The notes beneath the pieces are model-generated. The model made no database searches, was not told where the DNA came from, and worked only from the letters and a program-made list of their open reading frames with translations. DNA of 64,000 nt, taken from the NCBI GenBank assembly GCA_964016885.1, contig OZ024742.1:251472001-251536000 (forward strand). The letters run 5' to 3'. Both the position numbers and the translations under genes were made by a program. Shown piece after piece: positions 45,871 through 62,500 of this stretch; position 1 is the stretch's first letter, and every line of letters begins with the position of its first letter. The DNA is from Eledone cirrhosa (lineage: Eukaryota).

Positions 45871-46032
45871 TGGAAGTATATTTAATAATATACTGTATGT
45901 TTATTGAAAAACATTTTGAAGGCTTTTCGCTAACGTCACATACCTAGCTTCAGCAAAGGCAAAGAGAGCACCAATACAAATATATTTATACATATACATA
46001 TATATATGTATATATATATATATATATATACA

Positions 46033-46490
46033 TATCATCATCATCATCTTACGTCCGCTTTTCCCTGCTTGCAAGGGCTGGACGGGTCCTATTCAGCACA
46101 GCATCGCTCCACTTGTCACGGTCCTTCGTCATCTCCTTGGTGAGTTTCAGCGATCTGAGCTCTGCTCTCACCACATCCCCATGTTTTCGTGATCTACCTC
46201 CACTGGGACTTCCTGGCACTTCTTCACCCAGCGGTCATTCTCCATGCGCATCACATGTCCATACCATCTCAGCCTTCTCTCCTTCTCTCTTATACCCAGT
46301 TTCTTTCTCAACTCGTCTATGTTTGGTTGTTCACGCACATTGACATTGCACATCCAACGGAGCATTTCTCTCCAGCCGTCGCATATCTTCTGCAATTGTT
46401 GCCCATGTCTCACTACCATGCAGCATCACGCATCTCACACAGGCATAATATAACTGTCCTTTCGTACACAGAGAGAAACCCTTCTTTGTG
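46033..46490 (-). mobile_element. RTE 3' fragment (short-UTR subfamily)
   Basis: MLRWMCNV...RRLRWYGHVMRME. Confidence 0.8.
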
Positions 46491-46719
46491 TTGTGGTCAT
46501 AATTTTGGCATTTATTATACTGGTTGGATGCCCTTCGCCAGCACCACTTTACAGCACGGACTGGCTGCTTTTATTCGTGCCACCAGCACTAGAGAGGTTG
46601 TCTTACTGGACTCAGGCGTCCTCTTTACCCCTCCATTTTACAGCATGGAATATGTGCTTTTATTCGTGCCACCAACACTAGAGAGGCCGTCTTACTGGAC
46701 TCAGGGGCCCTATCCACTC

Positions 46720-46790
<71 letters not shown>

Positions 46791-46850
46791 CGGGTAATTC
46801 TGAGTGATGAAATTTGCTCCGAACGAACTACCCGTGTCTGAAGGAACCTG

Positions 46851-46988
46851 CATCTCATTTCTATAGCTGAGTAAACTGGAGCAATGTGAAATAAAGTGCC
46901 TTGCTCAAGGAAACAACACATCACCCGGTCTGAGCATTGAACTCACAACCTTTCGATTGCAAGGCCAATGCTCTAACCACTAAGCCAT
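46851..46988 (-). mobile_element. CORE-type SINE, young
   Basis: About 2 mismatches to 49357-49494. Confidence 0.85.
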
Positions 46989-46999
46989 AAAACATGGCT

Positions 47000-49520
<2,521 letters not shown>

Positions 49521-49626
49521 GTAAACTCTGCTAGGAGTATTGCAATTGCTTGTCAGATTATAGAGTTTGGTGCACTTTTGGGTTACTGCCAGCCACACAA
49601 ATCTGTAACATATCCTGTGCTTTAGA

Positions 49627-49678
<52 letters not shown>

Positions 49679-49719
49679 TAGGAATAGCCAAAGAGCGCTT
49701 AGAAATACATTGTTTTATT

Positions 49720-49766
49720 AGCTAACAGTGTTTCATCCATACCCCATGGCAGGAATCATCAGAGCC
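49720..49766 (-). ncRNA. Minimal hammerhead in a ~100-bp PLE-tail insertion within (TA)n
   Basis: GGCT-CTGATGA-ttcctgccatggggtatggat-GAAA-CACTG-TT-AGCT-AATAAA. Confidence 0.65.
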
Positions 49767-50067
49767 TATAAACAAGAGTATATATATATATGTTTATCCT
49801 GGGTTCAATCGGGGGTAACCACAGTAAGTAAGGTACTCAATACACAGCAGAGTATAAATATTTAATTTGGAGGTATGTAAACATGTAAACATGCTTGAAA
49901 ATAGGAATTTTCCTATAAATTGAAAAAAATAATAAACTTCTTTAATTGATTTTTGGATCTTATTGGACCCTTATCAGAACATCAATATATCATCCAATTA
50001 ACAATCGACAACAAGGAAACATGTATTTGATGGGTATATATACCCATTTACTCTTAGTATTATTTTG

Positions 50068-50253
50068 TGGACTGGCAGTATCGGTAGAGGGTCAGACAAC
50101 ATGCTTTGCAGCATAGAGTTACGGCCCTTTACAGTCTGAGTTCAAATCCCGCGAGGTCAATTTTGCCTTTCATCCTTACGGGGTCCATAAAATAAAGCAC
50201 CAGTAATTCACTGGAGTAATTGCTGGCCTTGTGCCAAAAGTAGAAACAATTAT
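50068..50253 (+). mobile_element. Meta-like SINE
   Basis: Homology to the 38965 family. Confidence 0.8.
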
Positions 50254-50326
50254 TCTGAAATGAACATTCTAATTTGTATATAATTAGTGCTCATGCTGGT
50301 AATTAATACTATGAGCGAATGGGTAT

Positions 50327-51930
50327 ATCATCATCCTCATCATCACCATTTAACATCCATTTTCCACGCTAGCATGGGTTAAACAAGTTATCCAGTTGTG
50401 AGAGAAACCAGGTAAGATAACATGTCTTGCTCATACAAAACTGATTTGGGCTTTGTTTCTACAGCTGGATGCTCTTCCTAATGCCAACCACATTTACATT
50501 GTGCACAATGTGTTTTTTTTTTGTGACACCTACATGACCACTTTACAGTGTGGGCTGAGCGCTTTTTGTCATGATACCTACATGACCACTTTACAGTGTA
50601 GATTGGGTACTTTTTGTCATGGCACCAAAATGACTACTTACAGTGTGGACTGGGGACTTGGGTAGCTGAAGTGTGTGGGGATTGGGGACATCTAAGGACG
50701 TGGTTGAGGGTGGAGATGTTAGGATGTGAGTGGAGTGTTAGAACGTAGGTGAATTGTTAGGATATGGGTGTGGTGTTAGAAGTTGGGAGGTGCATGTTAG
50801 GGGATGGAGGGTAAAGTGGTGCATATTAAATGTATACTTCAATCTGTGCACATGGGAAAGCAGATCTTCTGTATTACAGCCTAATGCCAAAACCCTCGGT
50901 CCTGTGTGATCGCTTTGAGAGGTGTAATTGTGCAAAGTCAGCTTTTATCATCTCATTCCAAGTTTTCCTAGGTCTTCTTACCTTATAGCTTCCATCAACT
51001 TTGAGCACTCTGCACCTTTTTATACAACTATCATCCTTTATATGTATCACATTTTCCTCTCTTGAACACTCTATCTGATTCCTCTTATGCCCAGTTTCTC
51101 TCTCAGTTCATTTATGCTTTGCCATTACTATTACACATCCATCAAAGCATGCAAGTTTCATTTCTTTCCAATCTTTCAAGGCCTCACTACCATGTAACAT
51201 TGCTGTTCTTTATACGCATCATACAATCTGCCCTTTATTTTGAGGGAAAAACCTTTTGTAGTTAACAGCGGTGATAACTCCCTGAACTTTCTCCATCCTG
51301 TTCTCATTCTGGCTACTGTGCTTTTAGAACACCCTTCTTCACTGCTAATTTCATCACTCAGGTAACAGAGACTGTTTACTACTTCTAGAAAGCTCTCTGG
51401 GAATTTGAAGCAGCTAATATCCTGTAAGCTCTTGCTACATACTGCACCTGTGCATCAGCCACATATAAAACCTACATTTTTTGCTAGCCTGCCAACTAAA
51501 TCTCTTGTGCACCCATAATTTGCATTTGGGACATAGGATCGAATTTCTACCTACTCCTTTCCTGCACACTAAGCAAGGTTATTGTTCAATCTAATCTTGC
51601 TGACTTTCTCTATACATGCCCTCAAGCCACTCATGTACTCCTAGTTTTCTAAGAGCCCACCAGATAATGGAACAGAGGATTTTGTTAAAAGCTTTCTCCA
51701 GGTCAACAAATGCCAAGTAGAGGGGTTTTCTTTTAGCTACATACTTCTCCTGCAGTCACCTCACAAAAGGAGGGCATCTGTAGTACTTTACCTAGCACAA
51801 ATCAAAAATGCATCTCATCTAGGTTAATTCAGTCTCTAATTAGCTGTACTATAACTCCTTCTGTGACTTTCATGACCAACTTGAAGCCTCTATAGTTTTC
51901 TCTCTCTAGAGCCTCTCCTTTGCCCTTACC
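50327..51930 (-). mobile_element. RTE LINE, old degraded copy
   Basis: Collinear with 18485-20620, including the PHD region. Confidence 0.8.
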
Positions 51931-52756
51931 CATCAAATACTTGTCCTCAGATGAGGGTCCAATAAAATCTGAAAATCGATTAAATATGTGTATATATTCA
52001 TGCATGTTGATGCAGTCTCGGTTATACAGTGTATTTATATGGATATAACACTATCATACACTTCGGCTGTTATAAACCCATAGAGCAAATATCTTTTATC
52101 TTAGATTAAAAGTTTAAGCAAAAATCTTCTGCTTTCATCTGAAGTTGGATCATCTGAAACTGAGAAAAATCAATCTGTAGATGCAGAAATAAATATTTCA
52201 AAAAAGTTATAACTGAACATTGCATTTAAAAAACAGGAAGACATAACGGTAGTACGAGAGGATGTTCTCTTGAGACGAGTGAAATATATGCAAGGATAAT
52301 TATGTCAGTATGTGGAACAAAATGAACAAATTCTTGCTATGAAAAAATCAGGAGACTAATATTCTTTTTAGAATAGCCAAATAATTTCCAGCTACCATAT
52401 ATGGAAAAGGACATTAATATAGTAAAATGATTAAACATAAAATATTAAAGGTATTAATAATAGTAAAAGTAATGTTTTCAGATTAGTCTCCTACATAAGT
52501 ATACGCTGACCAGTGTGCATGCATTCGTAAACAAAGATACAGTGTATACAAATTATACACACCTGAATACGTATATACACATGTACATATGTGCACGCGC
52601 ATTTATACATGCATGTGCATTTCCATGTGTGTGCACAAATGTGTACATACACATACGTACATATATTTGCATGTACACACATGTAAGTATATCTATATAT
52701 ACACATTCAATATACATATGTACATGCACATACACCTACATACATACAACATACAA

Positions 52757-53286
52757 AGTCACCTAGGTAACATAATTAGTAGTGGAGGAGGGCGTGCCAA
52801 GAGTATAATAAATAGAATAAGGATAGGATGGAAAAAGTTTAGAGAGCTACTCCCACTTTTGACAACAAAAGGTGTTTTCCCTACATACAAAAGGATGACT
52901 TTATGAAGCCTGTGTACAAAGTGTGATGGAATGCGTGGCCAATGTAAGTGTGAGAGAAAGGCAGAGCTTGGACAAGCTGAGGGAGAAACTGAGTTTACAA
53001 GGAATCCAAGGTGGTGTGCAGGAAAGAAGACTGTGTTGGTATGGACATGTGATGCACATGGACAATGACAGCTGGGTGAAGAAATACCAAGAAATCCCAG
53101 TGGAAGGAAGCCACAGTAGAGGTAGATCAAGAAAGACCTGGGCAGAGGTTGTGAGAGCTAAGAGCACTAAGACTCGCAGAGAAGATGATGAAGAGATGTG
53201 ATGAGTGGCGAGATACCATGCCGAGAAGGACCCAACCAACCAATACAAGCATGGGAAAATGGAAGTAAAAGTGATGATGATGATGA
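52757..53286 (+). mobile_element. RTE 3' fragment
   Basis: RIGWKKFRELLPLL, ERRLCWYGHVMHM, (GAT)n tail. Confidence 0.8.
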
Positions 53287-53294
53287 TATATATA

Positions 53295-53930
53295 TGCAAA
53301 AGGCAAACAAAAATAACAAAGCAAATGAAGAAATATATTATTAGTTTTATGCTTGATATAGTAGGAAAAGAATCTTAACATTTCAAACGCTTATCCTTCA
53401 TCAGAAATTAAAGAAGAAATAGAAAGATTAATGGTGGGGTTTTGTGTAAGATAATCTTGTTTTAAAAGGTGGTGATCGGGTGTGTCTATCTGAAAAAGAA
53501 AAGAAAATGTTTTGTATATAGAGATGTACATGTGCATGTATTTATACATGTGTGTGTGTGTGTTTGTAAGTATGAAACTGTGAGCAAATGTGTGTATATA
53601 AGTGTATGTGTTAGTTATTGGTCTGTACAGAGTTGTGAAGGTAAGTGTAGAGGTGTGTGTGTGTTTTTTTTTTTGTTTTTTTTTATCTGTATAAGCTGTA
53701 AGAGTGTATGTTTCTGACCGTAACAGAGCCATAAGAACCTAGGGGAGAATATATGCATATGGGTGTGAAAGTAGACGAGGTAAGGTCACGGTGGCTATGG
53801 GTAGAGAAATAAGTTTGAGTGTATGTTTGCAAGATTAAAGAAATTAAGGGAGTTGAGTCCACTGGGGAAACTGGACCCAAGATGTGTGTGAAAAGGACTG
53901 AGACATGTAGGGAAGAGTCACATGAGGAAC
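53295..53930 (-). mobile_element. PLE 3' end with decayed HHR (53371-53410)
   Basis: The end of the GIY-YIG matches 7885-7930; CTGATGAagg...GAAATGTT. Confidence 0.55.
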
Positions 53931-53932
53931 AG

Positions 53933-54210
53933 CCAGTTTACTCAGCTGTAGAAATGAGATGATAGGACTGGGGTCTCTATCACTGCAAAGTGGTCGTGGA
54001 GGTGCCACGACAAAAAAGCACCCAGCACTCACTGTAAATGAGGTTGGTGTTAGGAAGGGCATCCAGCTGTAGAAATACAGCCAGAATCAGTTCCCGTATG
54101 AGCAAGACAAGGTCAGTCGACCTGACACTGCCCACAACAGGACAACCCGTCTAACCCATGCTAACGTAGAAGAACGGACGTAAAACGGTGATAATGATGA
54201 TGATGATGAT
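53933..54210 (+). mobile_element. SINE core fused to an RTE 3' UTR
   Basis: 53933-53981 matches 49467-49517; 53982-54210 matches 392-662. Confidence 0.7.
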
Positions 54211-54440
54211 ACATATGAATTTGTTTTGCAAGATTTTTTATATGAAATCGTGTGTTAAAACAAATATTGTTATTTTTGGGGAGGTTCATATTGTTATAAT
54301 ATTGTCAGAAATATATAATAAAACACACTCACTGTTTGGTTTGGATTGGTTTTCGCTTCTGTATATTTTGTATCTCTATAGTTAATTTAGCTGGCAATCA
54401 ATGTTTATCATTGATTGACCAACCATTAAAAAATATAGAT

Positions 54441-54484
<44 letters not shown>

Positions 54485-54896
54485 GTAAAAAGTAAACAGA
54501 AATAACAAAGCAAACAACTCAGTACAATGGAAAAATATATTAGTTTAACGCAATATATAGTTGAAAAAGGGGGTAAAGTTCCATAGAAATTGAAGATTAT
54601 AGGTAAAAAGTAAAAGTGGAGAAGCACAGGAATATATCTAACAATTCTTTTTTTCTTTAATCTGACAGAATAAATATTTATATATTAATTACATTAAATG
54701 AATTGAAGTTTTAAAAAGTATTACCAGTTCCATCACTCTTATCAAATATTTAAAAAGTTTGTTCTCATATTCTATGGTCAGTTAGAACATATACGAATTT
54801 TCTCTCAAAATCCATATATGAATTTTTATATACACACATACACACACACACAGATACATACATATATACATACATTCATGCATGCATGGCTATTGG

Positions 54897-54972
<76 letters not shown>

Positions 54973-54976
<4 letters not shown>

Positions 54977-57082
54977 TCATCATCATCATCATCATCACCG
55001 TTTTACATCCGTTTTTCCACACTAGCATGGTTAGACGGGTTGTCCTGTTGTGGGCAGTGTCCAGTCGGCTGACCTTGTCTTACTCATACGGGAACTGATT
55101 CTGGCTTAATTTCTACAGCTGGATGCCCTTCCTAACACCAACCTCATTTACAGTGAGTGCTGGGTGCTTTTTTTCCGTGGCGCCTACACATCCACTTTAC
55201 AGTGTGAGCTGGGTGCTTTTTTGCCGTGGCACCTCCACGACCACTTTGCAGTGGGAGGGTGTGGAGGCATATTGTCTATATGCTTCAGCTTCGGCTTGTA
55301 CCCGTGGGGGGTCGGGTCTTCTGTATTACTGCGTGATGCCAGAGGTCACGGTCGTGTGTCATCCCCTTTGAGAGGTGTAATTGGGTAAGGTCGGCTTTTA
55401 CCCCCTCATCCCAGGTCTTCTTGGGTCTCCCCACTCTGCGGTTTCCATTGACTTCTAGTGCTCTGCCCCTTTTTATGTAGCTATCATCCTTCATACACAT
55501 CACATGTCCATACCAACGCAACCGCCTCTCTTGCACACAGCATTTGATTCCTCTTATGCTCAGTCTCTCTCTCAATTCATTTATGCTTTACCATTCGCAT
55601 ATATTACTATTACACATCCATCGGAGCATGCAGGCTTCATTTCTTTCTAATCTACGCAAGTCTTCCACAGACAGCGCCCAGGTCTCACTACCATGTAACA
55701 TTGCTGTTCGTATACAGGCATCATACAGTCTGCCTTTCATTTTGAGGGAAAAGCCTTTTGCAGCTAGCAGTGACAGTAGCTCCCTGAACTTCTTCCATCC
55801 CGTTCTTACCCTAGTTATTGTACTTTCCGAACACCCACCTCTGCTGCTAATTCGGTCACCTAGGTAGCAGAAGCTGTCTACTGTTTCTACAGAGCCCTCC
55901 CAGAGTTTGGTGGTATTGTTTCCTGTGGCTGTTTGCTGCTGCTGTCCCAGCACAGTTGCTACATGTGAAGCCTACATTCTTAGTTAAGCTTCCTGAGATC
56001 CCACTACAACTCTTGTGTACCCATTGTCAGTTTGACTTTGAGACCCTTTATTTCTAGTCCCTGCTTCCAAGTTTGGAATTTCTTCTCTAGTTCTACCATA
56101 GATTCAGCTATAAGTGCGAGGTCATCTGCATACAGGAGTTCCCATGGGCATCCGGTCTTAAACTCCTCCGTTATTGCCTGCAGGACTGTGATGAAAAGGA
56201 GAGGGCTAAGAACAGAGCCCTGGTGGACACCGACCTGTACGCTAAATTCCTCGCTATACTCATTGCTAATCCTAACTTTGCTGACTGCTCCCCTATACAT
56301 GGCTTGTACAGCTTTCACAAGCCATTCATCTACTCCTAGTTTTCTAAGAGCCCACCAGATTATAGCACGAGGAACTCTGTCAAAGGCTTTCTCGAGATCA
56401 ACGAATGCCAGGTAGAGTGGCTTACTTTTAGCTAGGTACTTTTCCTGTAACTGCCTCACAAGGAAGAGAGCATCAGTGGTGCCTCTTCCTGGCACAAACC
56501 CAAATTGCATCTCATCTAGTTTCAGTTTCACCCGGTCCCTAATCAACTGTGCTATAACTCTTTCTGTTACTTTCATGACATGGTCCATCAGCTTTATACC
56601 TCTATAGTTTCCTCTATCTAGTGCATCACCTTCACCTTTGTAGCAGTTGACAATGATGCTACTGCACCAATCCTTTGGTATGACACCTTCTAATATTACC
56701 TGGTTAACAATACGTGTGGTTATGCCTTCAGCATATTGGCAGCTATACCCAATGGACCGGTTGCCTTCCCCATCCTCATATCTTTGATTGCCTTACTTAC
56801 TACGCTGCTGCTAACTTGTACTGCTGGCCCCTCTATAGGGTCTACTTGGGGTACGGTCTCTTCTTCCCAAGCATTCTCCTCATTTAGTAATCTATCATAA
56901 TGACTCTTCCATGCATCTTTCTTCTCAGCACTTATGAGGGCAAGCTCACCTTTATCATTCTGGATACACTTCTCTCCAATGACATCACAATTCTCTCTGA
57001 CACTGCCTCGCAATCTTGAACACCTTTTTCTGGTCCTCACGTTGCAAAACATGCTTGAATTGTCTATCCTCTGCTTCCCTCC
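54973..57082 (-). mobile_element. RTE LINE, 5'-truncated, second subfamily
   Basis: ORFs 56720-57115, 56004-56588 (YADD), 55588-55953, 55285-55575; (GAT)n tail. Confidence 0.92.
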
Positions 57083-57676
57083 TATATATATATATATTAC
57101 CAATAGCCACAGCATCCTTAATTGCTACTACTTATTGGTAAATAGGATAGAGAGGAGGGGGGTGAGGAGGAGGAATTGCTAATAACAATTACACTGTCTG
57201 CTGCAGTAGAAGGGAGAAAAGAGAAAGGAGAGAGGAGATAAGTTTGTGTGAGAGAGAGAAAGAAAAAAAAAGATAGGAGAGAAGTGAGTGAGCCTGTGTG
57301 TGTGTTTGAGAAAGAGAGAGAAAGAAAGAGAGTGAGAGAGAGAGAGTGATTCTATCATTAATCTAGTGCAGTTTTACCAGCCAAGTCCTATAATATATCT
57401 AATGTATCTCTAAAATCACAGCAGTTGGTTGTTGGTGATCTGCTTCAGTGGAGGATCAATAAAGACAATAGAACCTTCTCCTTCGCCCATCCCTCTACCT
57501 CCCATCTTGCTCCCTCCTCCTAGCCTTCTTCCTCCCATCCCTCACCCCTCTACTTCTCTCTCTCTCTGTTATTCAGAATGGTCATCCTAGATATTGACTC
57601 AACATCACCAATTTACACAGTAACAGGATAAACAACACTCTTCCAATCAACTGTTCTCATTATTTATTGTTATAAG

Positions 57677-58428
57677 GATGGTGGATTGGCAGTATCGGTA
57701 GAGAGTCGGAGACCATGCCTTGTAGCATAGAGTTACGGCCCTTTACGGTCTAAGTTGAAATCCCACCGAGGTTAACTTAGCCTTTCATCCTTGCGGGGGT
57801 TGATAAAATAAAGCACCAGTAATGTACTGGGGTCGATTTAATCAACTTTCCGCTCCCCCAAATTACTGGCTTTGTACCTATACTAGAAATCATTATTTAT
57901 TGTTATATAGGGTGGTGGATTGGCAGTATCGGAAGAGGGTCAGACGCCATGTTTGACGCATAGAGTTACGGCCCTTTCCATTCTGAGTTCAAACCCCGCC
58001 GAGGTCAACTTTGCCTTTCATCCTTACGGGGTCGATAAAATAAAGTACCAGTAATACACTGGGTAATTGCTGGCATTTTGCCAAATGTAGAAACAATTAT
58101 TTATTGTTATAAATCCTGCCGAGGTTAACTTTGCTTTTCATCCTTAAGGGGTCGATAAAATAAAGTACCAGTAACATACTGGGTATTTGCTGGCCTTGTG
58201 CCAATATAGAAACAATTATTTATTGTTATAAGGATTAAGGATAGTGGATTGGCAGAATCGGTAGGGCATCAGAAAACATGCTTTGCAGTATATAATTACG
58301 GCCCTGTATATTCAGAATTCAAATCCCACCAAGGTTACATTTTCCTTTCATCTCTACTGGTGTCGATAAAATGAAGTACCAGTAACAAACTGGGGTCAAT
58401 TTAATCGACTTTCCCCTCTGCCAAAATT
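57677..58428 (+). mobile_element. Head-to-tail array of four Meta-like SINEs (third headless)
   Basis: Copies start near 57677, 57910, 58110 and 58240, separated by 'ttatttattgttata'. Confidence 0.85.
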
Positions 58429-58698
58429 GAAGAAACTTCAGAGTCAGAGGTTATTGATTCAGCCTTAATATATATATGTGTATGTGTATGTGTGAGCGCG
58501 TATTTGTGTATGTGTGTGTGTCTGTGTCTGTGTGTGTGTTTGTGTGTGTGTGTGTGAAAATTGAATTTAGTAGCTTTTGTGGCATTTTGACAACAGAAAA
58601 TGGTCAAATAACAGAATCATGTTATTAGACTATTTTCTGTACATAAAATACAACAAAAACTACCTCTTCAATTTTCAAATTTCAACCGACGCTGTTCT

Positions 58699-58771
<73 letters not shown>

Positions 58772-58929
58772 ATATAGAGAGTATATCGGTATGTAATATT
58801 AGTTACTGGTGGTTCATTAGTTTGAGCACTCAGTGCTAATATGTGGGCCAGGCACCCATGTGGGATTCTATGTTCTGTACTTCACCATTATCAGTATCTT
58901 TAAGAAGCAGAGTGATAATAAGTCAAAGG

Positions 58930-59327
58930 CCACAAAAAATGCCTTATAATAGATGTATCAATCCCACAAATGATAATATATCTTCTAAGGAAATTGAGAA
59001 ACTCTCCAAATATAAAGATCTAAAGATAGAAATAACTCTATTGTGGAAAATGAAAAGAGAAACAATACCTATAATAATATGTGCTCTGGGAATGATAAAA
59101 AAACACACAGACTAACATAGCTAAAACCCCAGGACTTACAAATATATACAGCATACAAAAGATAGCACTACTAGGCACTGCACACATATTACAAAAAGTA
59201 CTATCAATACAATAGAAACAACATCAGCAAAAACTACACTGCTCATACCCAAGGTGCACAGAGGTGTGCTTGGTAAAGCAGTAATGATGCACAATAACAA
59301 TAATAATGGAAATAATAATAATAATAA
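58930..59327 (+). mobile_element. R4/Dong-like non-LTR retrotransposon RLE C-terminus with (AAT)n tail
   Basis: IDVSIP..NISSKEIEKLSKYKDL...IPIIICALG...IQKIALLGTAHIL. Confidence 0.8.
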
Positions 59328-59505
59328 TTGTTTCTACTTTAGGCACAAGGCCAGGAATTACCCATTGCATTACTGGTACTTTATTTTATCGAGCCCGTAG
59401 GATGAAAGGCAAAGTCAACTCGGCGGGATTTGAACTCAGATCGTAAAGGGACATAACTATGCTGGAAAGCATAGCGTCTGACCCTCTACTGATACTGCCA
59501 ATCCA
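59327..59505 (-). mobile_element. Meta-like SINE
   Basis: Reverse complement of the family consensus. Confidence 0.8.
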
Positions 59506-62500
59506 ATAATAATGATTTCTTTATTGGCCACAAGGGCTGACATCAAGAAAAAGATCACAGACTGAACAGGACGGTACGATGTGGGTTTTGTGCATGTAAA
59601 TATTTTTATTATTTATATAAGAAAAGAAAAAAAAGACATAAAACATATATATATATAAACAATAAAAATGAAAATTGAAACAATGAAAAATTCCCCAATA
59701 GGGGGGAAACCTCCGAGGGTTACGCGTGGCGAAAACCACACAAAAGACCACGGCCTCCCTGGACACCAGGGCAAGCGCCCTCTCTCAATTTTTCCATCTC
59801 TCAAACTACAGACGTATATTCAGAGCGGTCCCGTTCGCTCGGACCATTCTCGCTACATTCACCCATCTTTCAACAAACTTGCTAGAAGACAGCACTTGCC
59901 TCTCCACCCTGATTTTCCTCTTCAAGTGAAACTTGAAAAAGTTAATTAGGGATTCGCCGAAGAAGAAAGTCTCTGTCTTTAACCCTTTCAACCTTGTCCA
60001 CCACACAATCTCTTTCGCCATGGCCACCAGGCAGACGAAAACCGCCTGCCCTTCCTCCTCGAAGGAAGACGGCGAGACCATCTGCACAATGGACTCAGTC
60101 GATAACCGGATCAGTCCTACACGCGACAGCAACTGTTCGACATAGCTCCACAAGTCAGCAATGCTCGGGCACTGAACGAGTGCGTGCACGACGGTTTCGT
60201 CGCTCTGCGCGCATCTCGGACAGGCTCGACTGACAGCACTTCCGTGCATGTAGAGCTTATCTCGAACCAGCAGCGCTCCCGGTAGCACTGCTAGGCCAGG
60301 GATTTTTGGAAGTTATCCATAGGCCCCGGGCTGAAAGTTCTCCGGAAGAGAGCAAACAGCTGATCTTCTTCGACGCCCAGGATCTCTCCGAGAACGTTGT
60401 CGCTCTTCCCCTCCACTAGTCCTCTATAGAACGCCGAGGTGGATGTTCCACCGATACTGGTGCCCAGCTGGGAGAGGGCAGTGAGCGCCTGGAGACATTC
60501 CAGTTTCCAAGCGCTATCCCTCGGTCTTTTTCTGACCCAGGACTGTAGCTCCGTCAAGGAGACGAGTTGTGGGAAAACGTGCCTGGTGAACGGCGACCAC
60601 ACCTGTTCACCGTCAAGGAAGCACCAGAGATGTCGCAGCCTCAGCGCATGTTTGCGCATCATCAGCCATGGCATGCCCAGTCCTCCACGCAACGGGTGTT
60701 GACAGCAGATGGATCGTCTGACCATGGGAGCGCGTCCACCCCACAAAAAGCGGAAGAGGAGGCGCTCCATTTTGGTGAGGCGGTAGCAGATGACGGATGC
60801 GATGTACGCATCGCCACCTCCGCTCGGCCTTTCAGGGACAGATTCCTCTCGGCCCATTTCTGGGTGAGGGAAGCCACCTTGCTCGTCACCTCGTTCCAGT
60901 TTTTCTCCATCTGGACGTCCGGTCCGAACCAGACCCGGAGCAATTTAACTAGTCCGTCCGTCCAACGCCCCACGACGCTGTCAGATGGCATGGACTTGCC
61001 TCTCCAGGTGCCGAGCTGCAGGCCCACCGACTTTTCCTGGTTTATCTTTGCTCCTGTCACCGTTTCGTATTCCTTGAGAGCGGTGCCGAGCATCTGGACG
61101 TGTCTGGTGCTCGACACCACCACGGTGACGTCGTCGGCGTAAGTCGACTTGGATTTCCCGAATCCTAGTTTGCGTGGGACGCCCCCTCATCGCCCCCAGT
61201 TTGTGCAGTAATGGCTCGAGAGCCAATACGTACAAGAGGGACGAGAGGGGACAACCCTGGCGGACTGAGTGCATGATGCTGAACGGCTGCGACAGGTGAC
61301 CGTTCACCCTCACAACTGAGCAGATGTCGCTCTACATCGCTGCGATCCAACCCCTGAAAATGGGCCCGAAACCGGCTGCCTCGAGGACTGCCGCCAGGTA
61401 CCGATGGTCGACCCTATCGAATGCTTTCGATTGATCCAAGTTGATCGGGGCCCCACCCGTGCCAGGTTCCTTAACCACCCTCTCTATGATGTATCGCATG
61501 AAGTGGAGGTTGTCGTGTATGGATCGGTCCGGAATGGTACATGTCTGCGCCTCTTCCACCAGACCCTTGACGATAAGCGCCAACCTCGTTGCTAACACCT
61601 TGGCCAAAATCTTGAACTCTGCGTTTAGCAGGGTTATGGGCCTGAAATTATCGATAACATCCCCCTTGTTCGGGTCTTTTCGCAGCAGCGCCACCGCTCC
61701 TTGGCTCACAAAACTGGGAATGCTCCCGTTCTGCTGCTGCCAGTTACAGTAGACGTCTGCCAAGAGGTCATCGAACAAGTTTGGCATAAATGCATAAAGC
61801 TCGTAGGGCAGACCATCCAAACCTGGCGATTTACCCCTTGTGCAATTAGCCATCGCTTCCCATATTTCACCGGCTGTTATTGGCTTTTCGCAACACTGTA
61901 CTGCGGTCGTCGAGAGCTGAGGCAGTCCGTCGAGGTATGCACTGAAGTCCATGCTCCGATCCGGGCCGCCGCTGCTCCCGAACAGTTCAGCAAAGTGCTG
62001 CTAAAAAACTTCACACATCCGCTCGGGTTCGAGCATCACGCACCCGTTTTGGGCAGACAAAGACCGAATTGTGGCTTTGTTGCCACATCGCACATCTGCC
62101 ACTCGGGCCCATTGGACGGCTTTTGTCCCCTCGTGTTTCAGAGCACGCGCTCTAGCTCTGACAACGCAGCCTTCGTGTTTTGTGTTGAAGAATTGGTCGA
62201 GTGCCAATCTAGCCGCAAGCACGTCGGTTGCGATGCCTGTCCTAAACGCCGCTTCTAGCTTTCTGACTAGCTCTCCCTCTACTCTATTTTCCTCTATCAC
62301 TACTCCTTTGCTAAACCTAATCGACTCTACTTTAATTGCCCTTTTTAGGGCAAACCACCACCTGTTGTTGACGACCGCTCCCGTCAATGCCCGCTTAACT
62401 AATACACTAATTTGGTCTCTGTAGGCTTTGCGCGCCGGGAAGATGCGTTCAACTTCCAGTAACCGGGCCCTTGTCTATGAAGTCTGTCTATGTCGATCTC

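Noticed and set aside
52104-52212. Plus-strand terminal exon (IKSLSKNLLLSSEVG...)
   Set aside because: Good acceptor but no recognisable homology or partner exons
57677-58428. CRISPR-like repeat array
   Set aside because: Units are ~200-bp SINEs, there are no unique spacers or cas genes, and the context is eukaryotic
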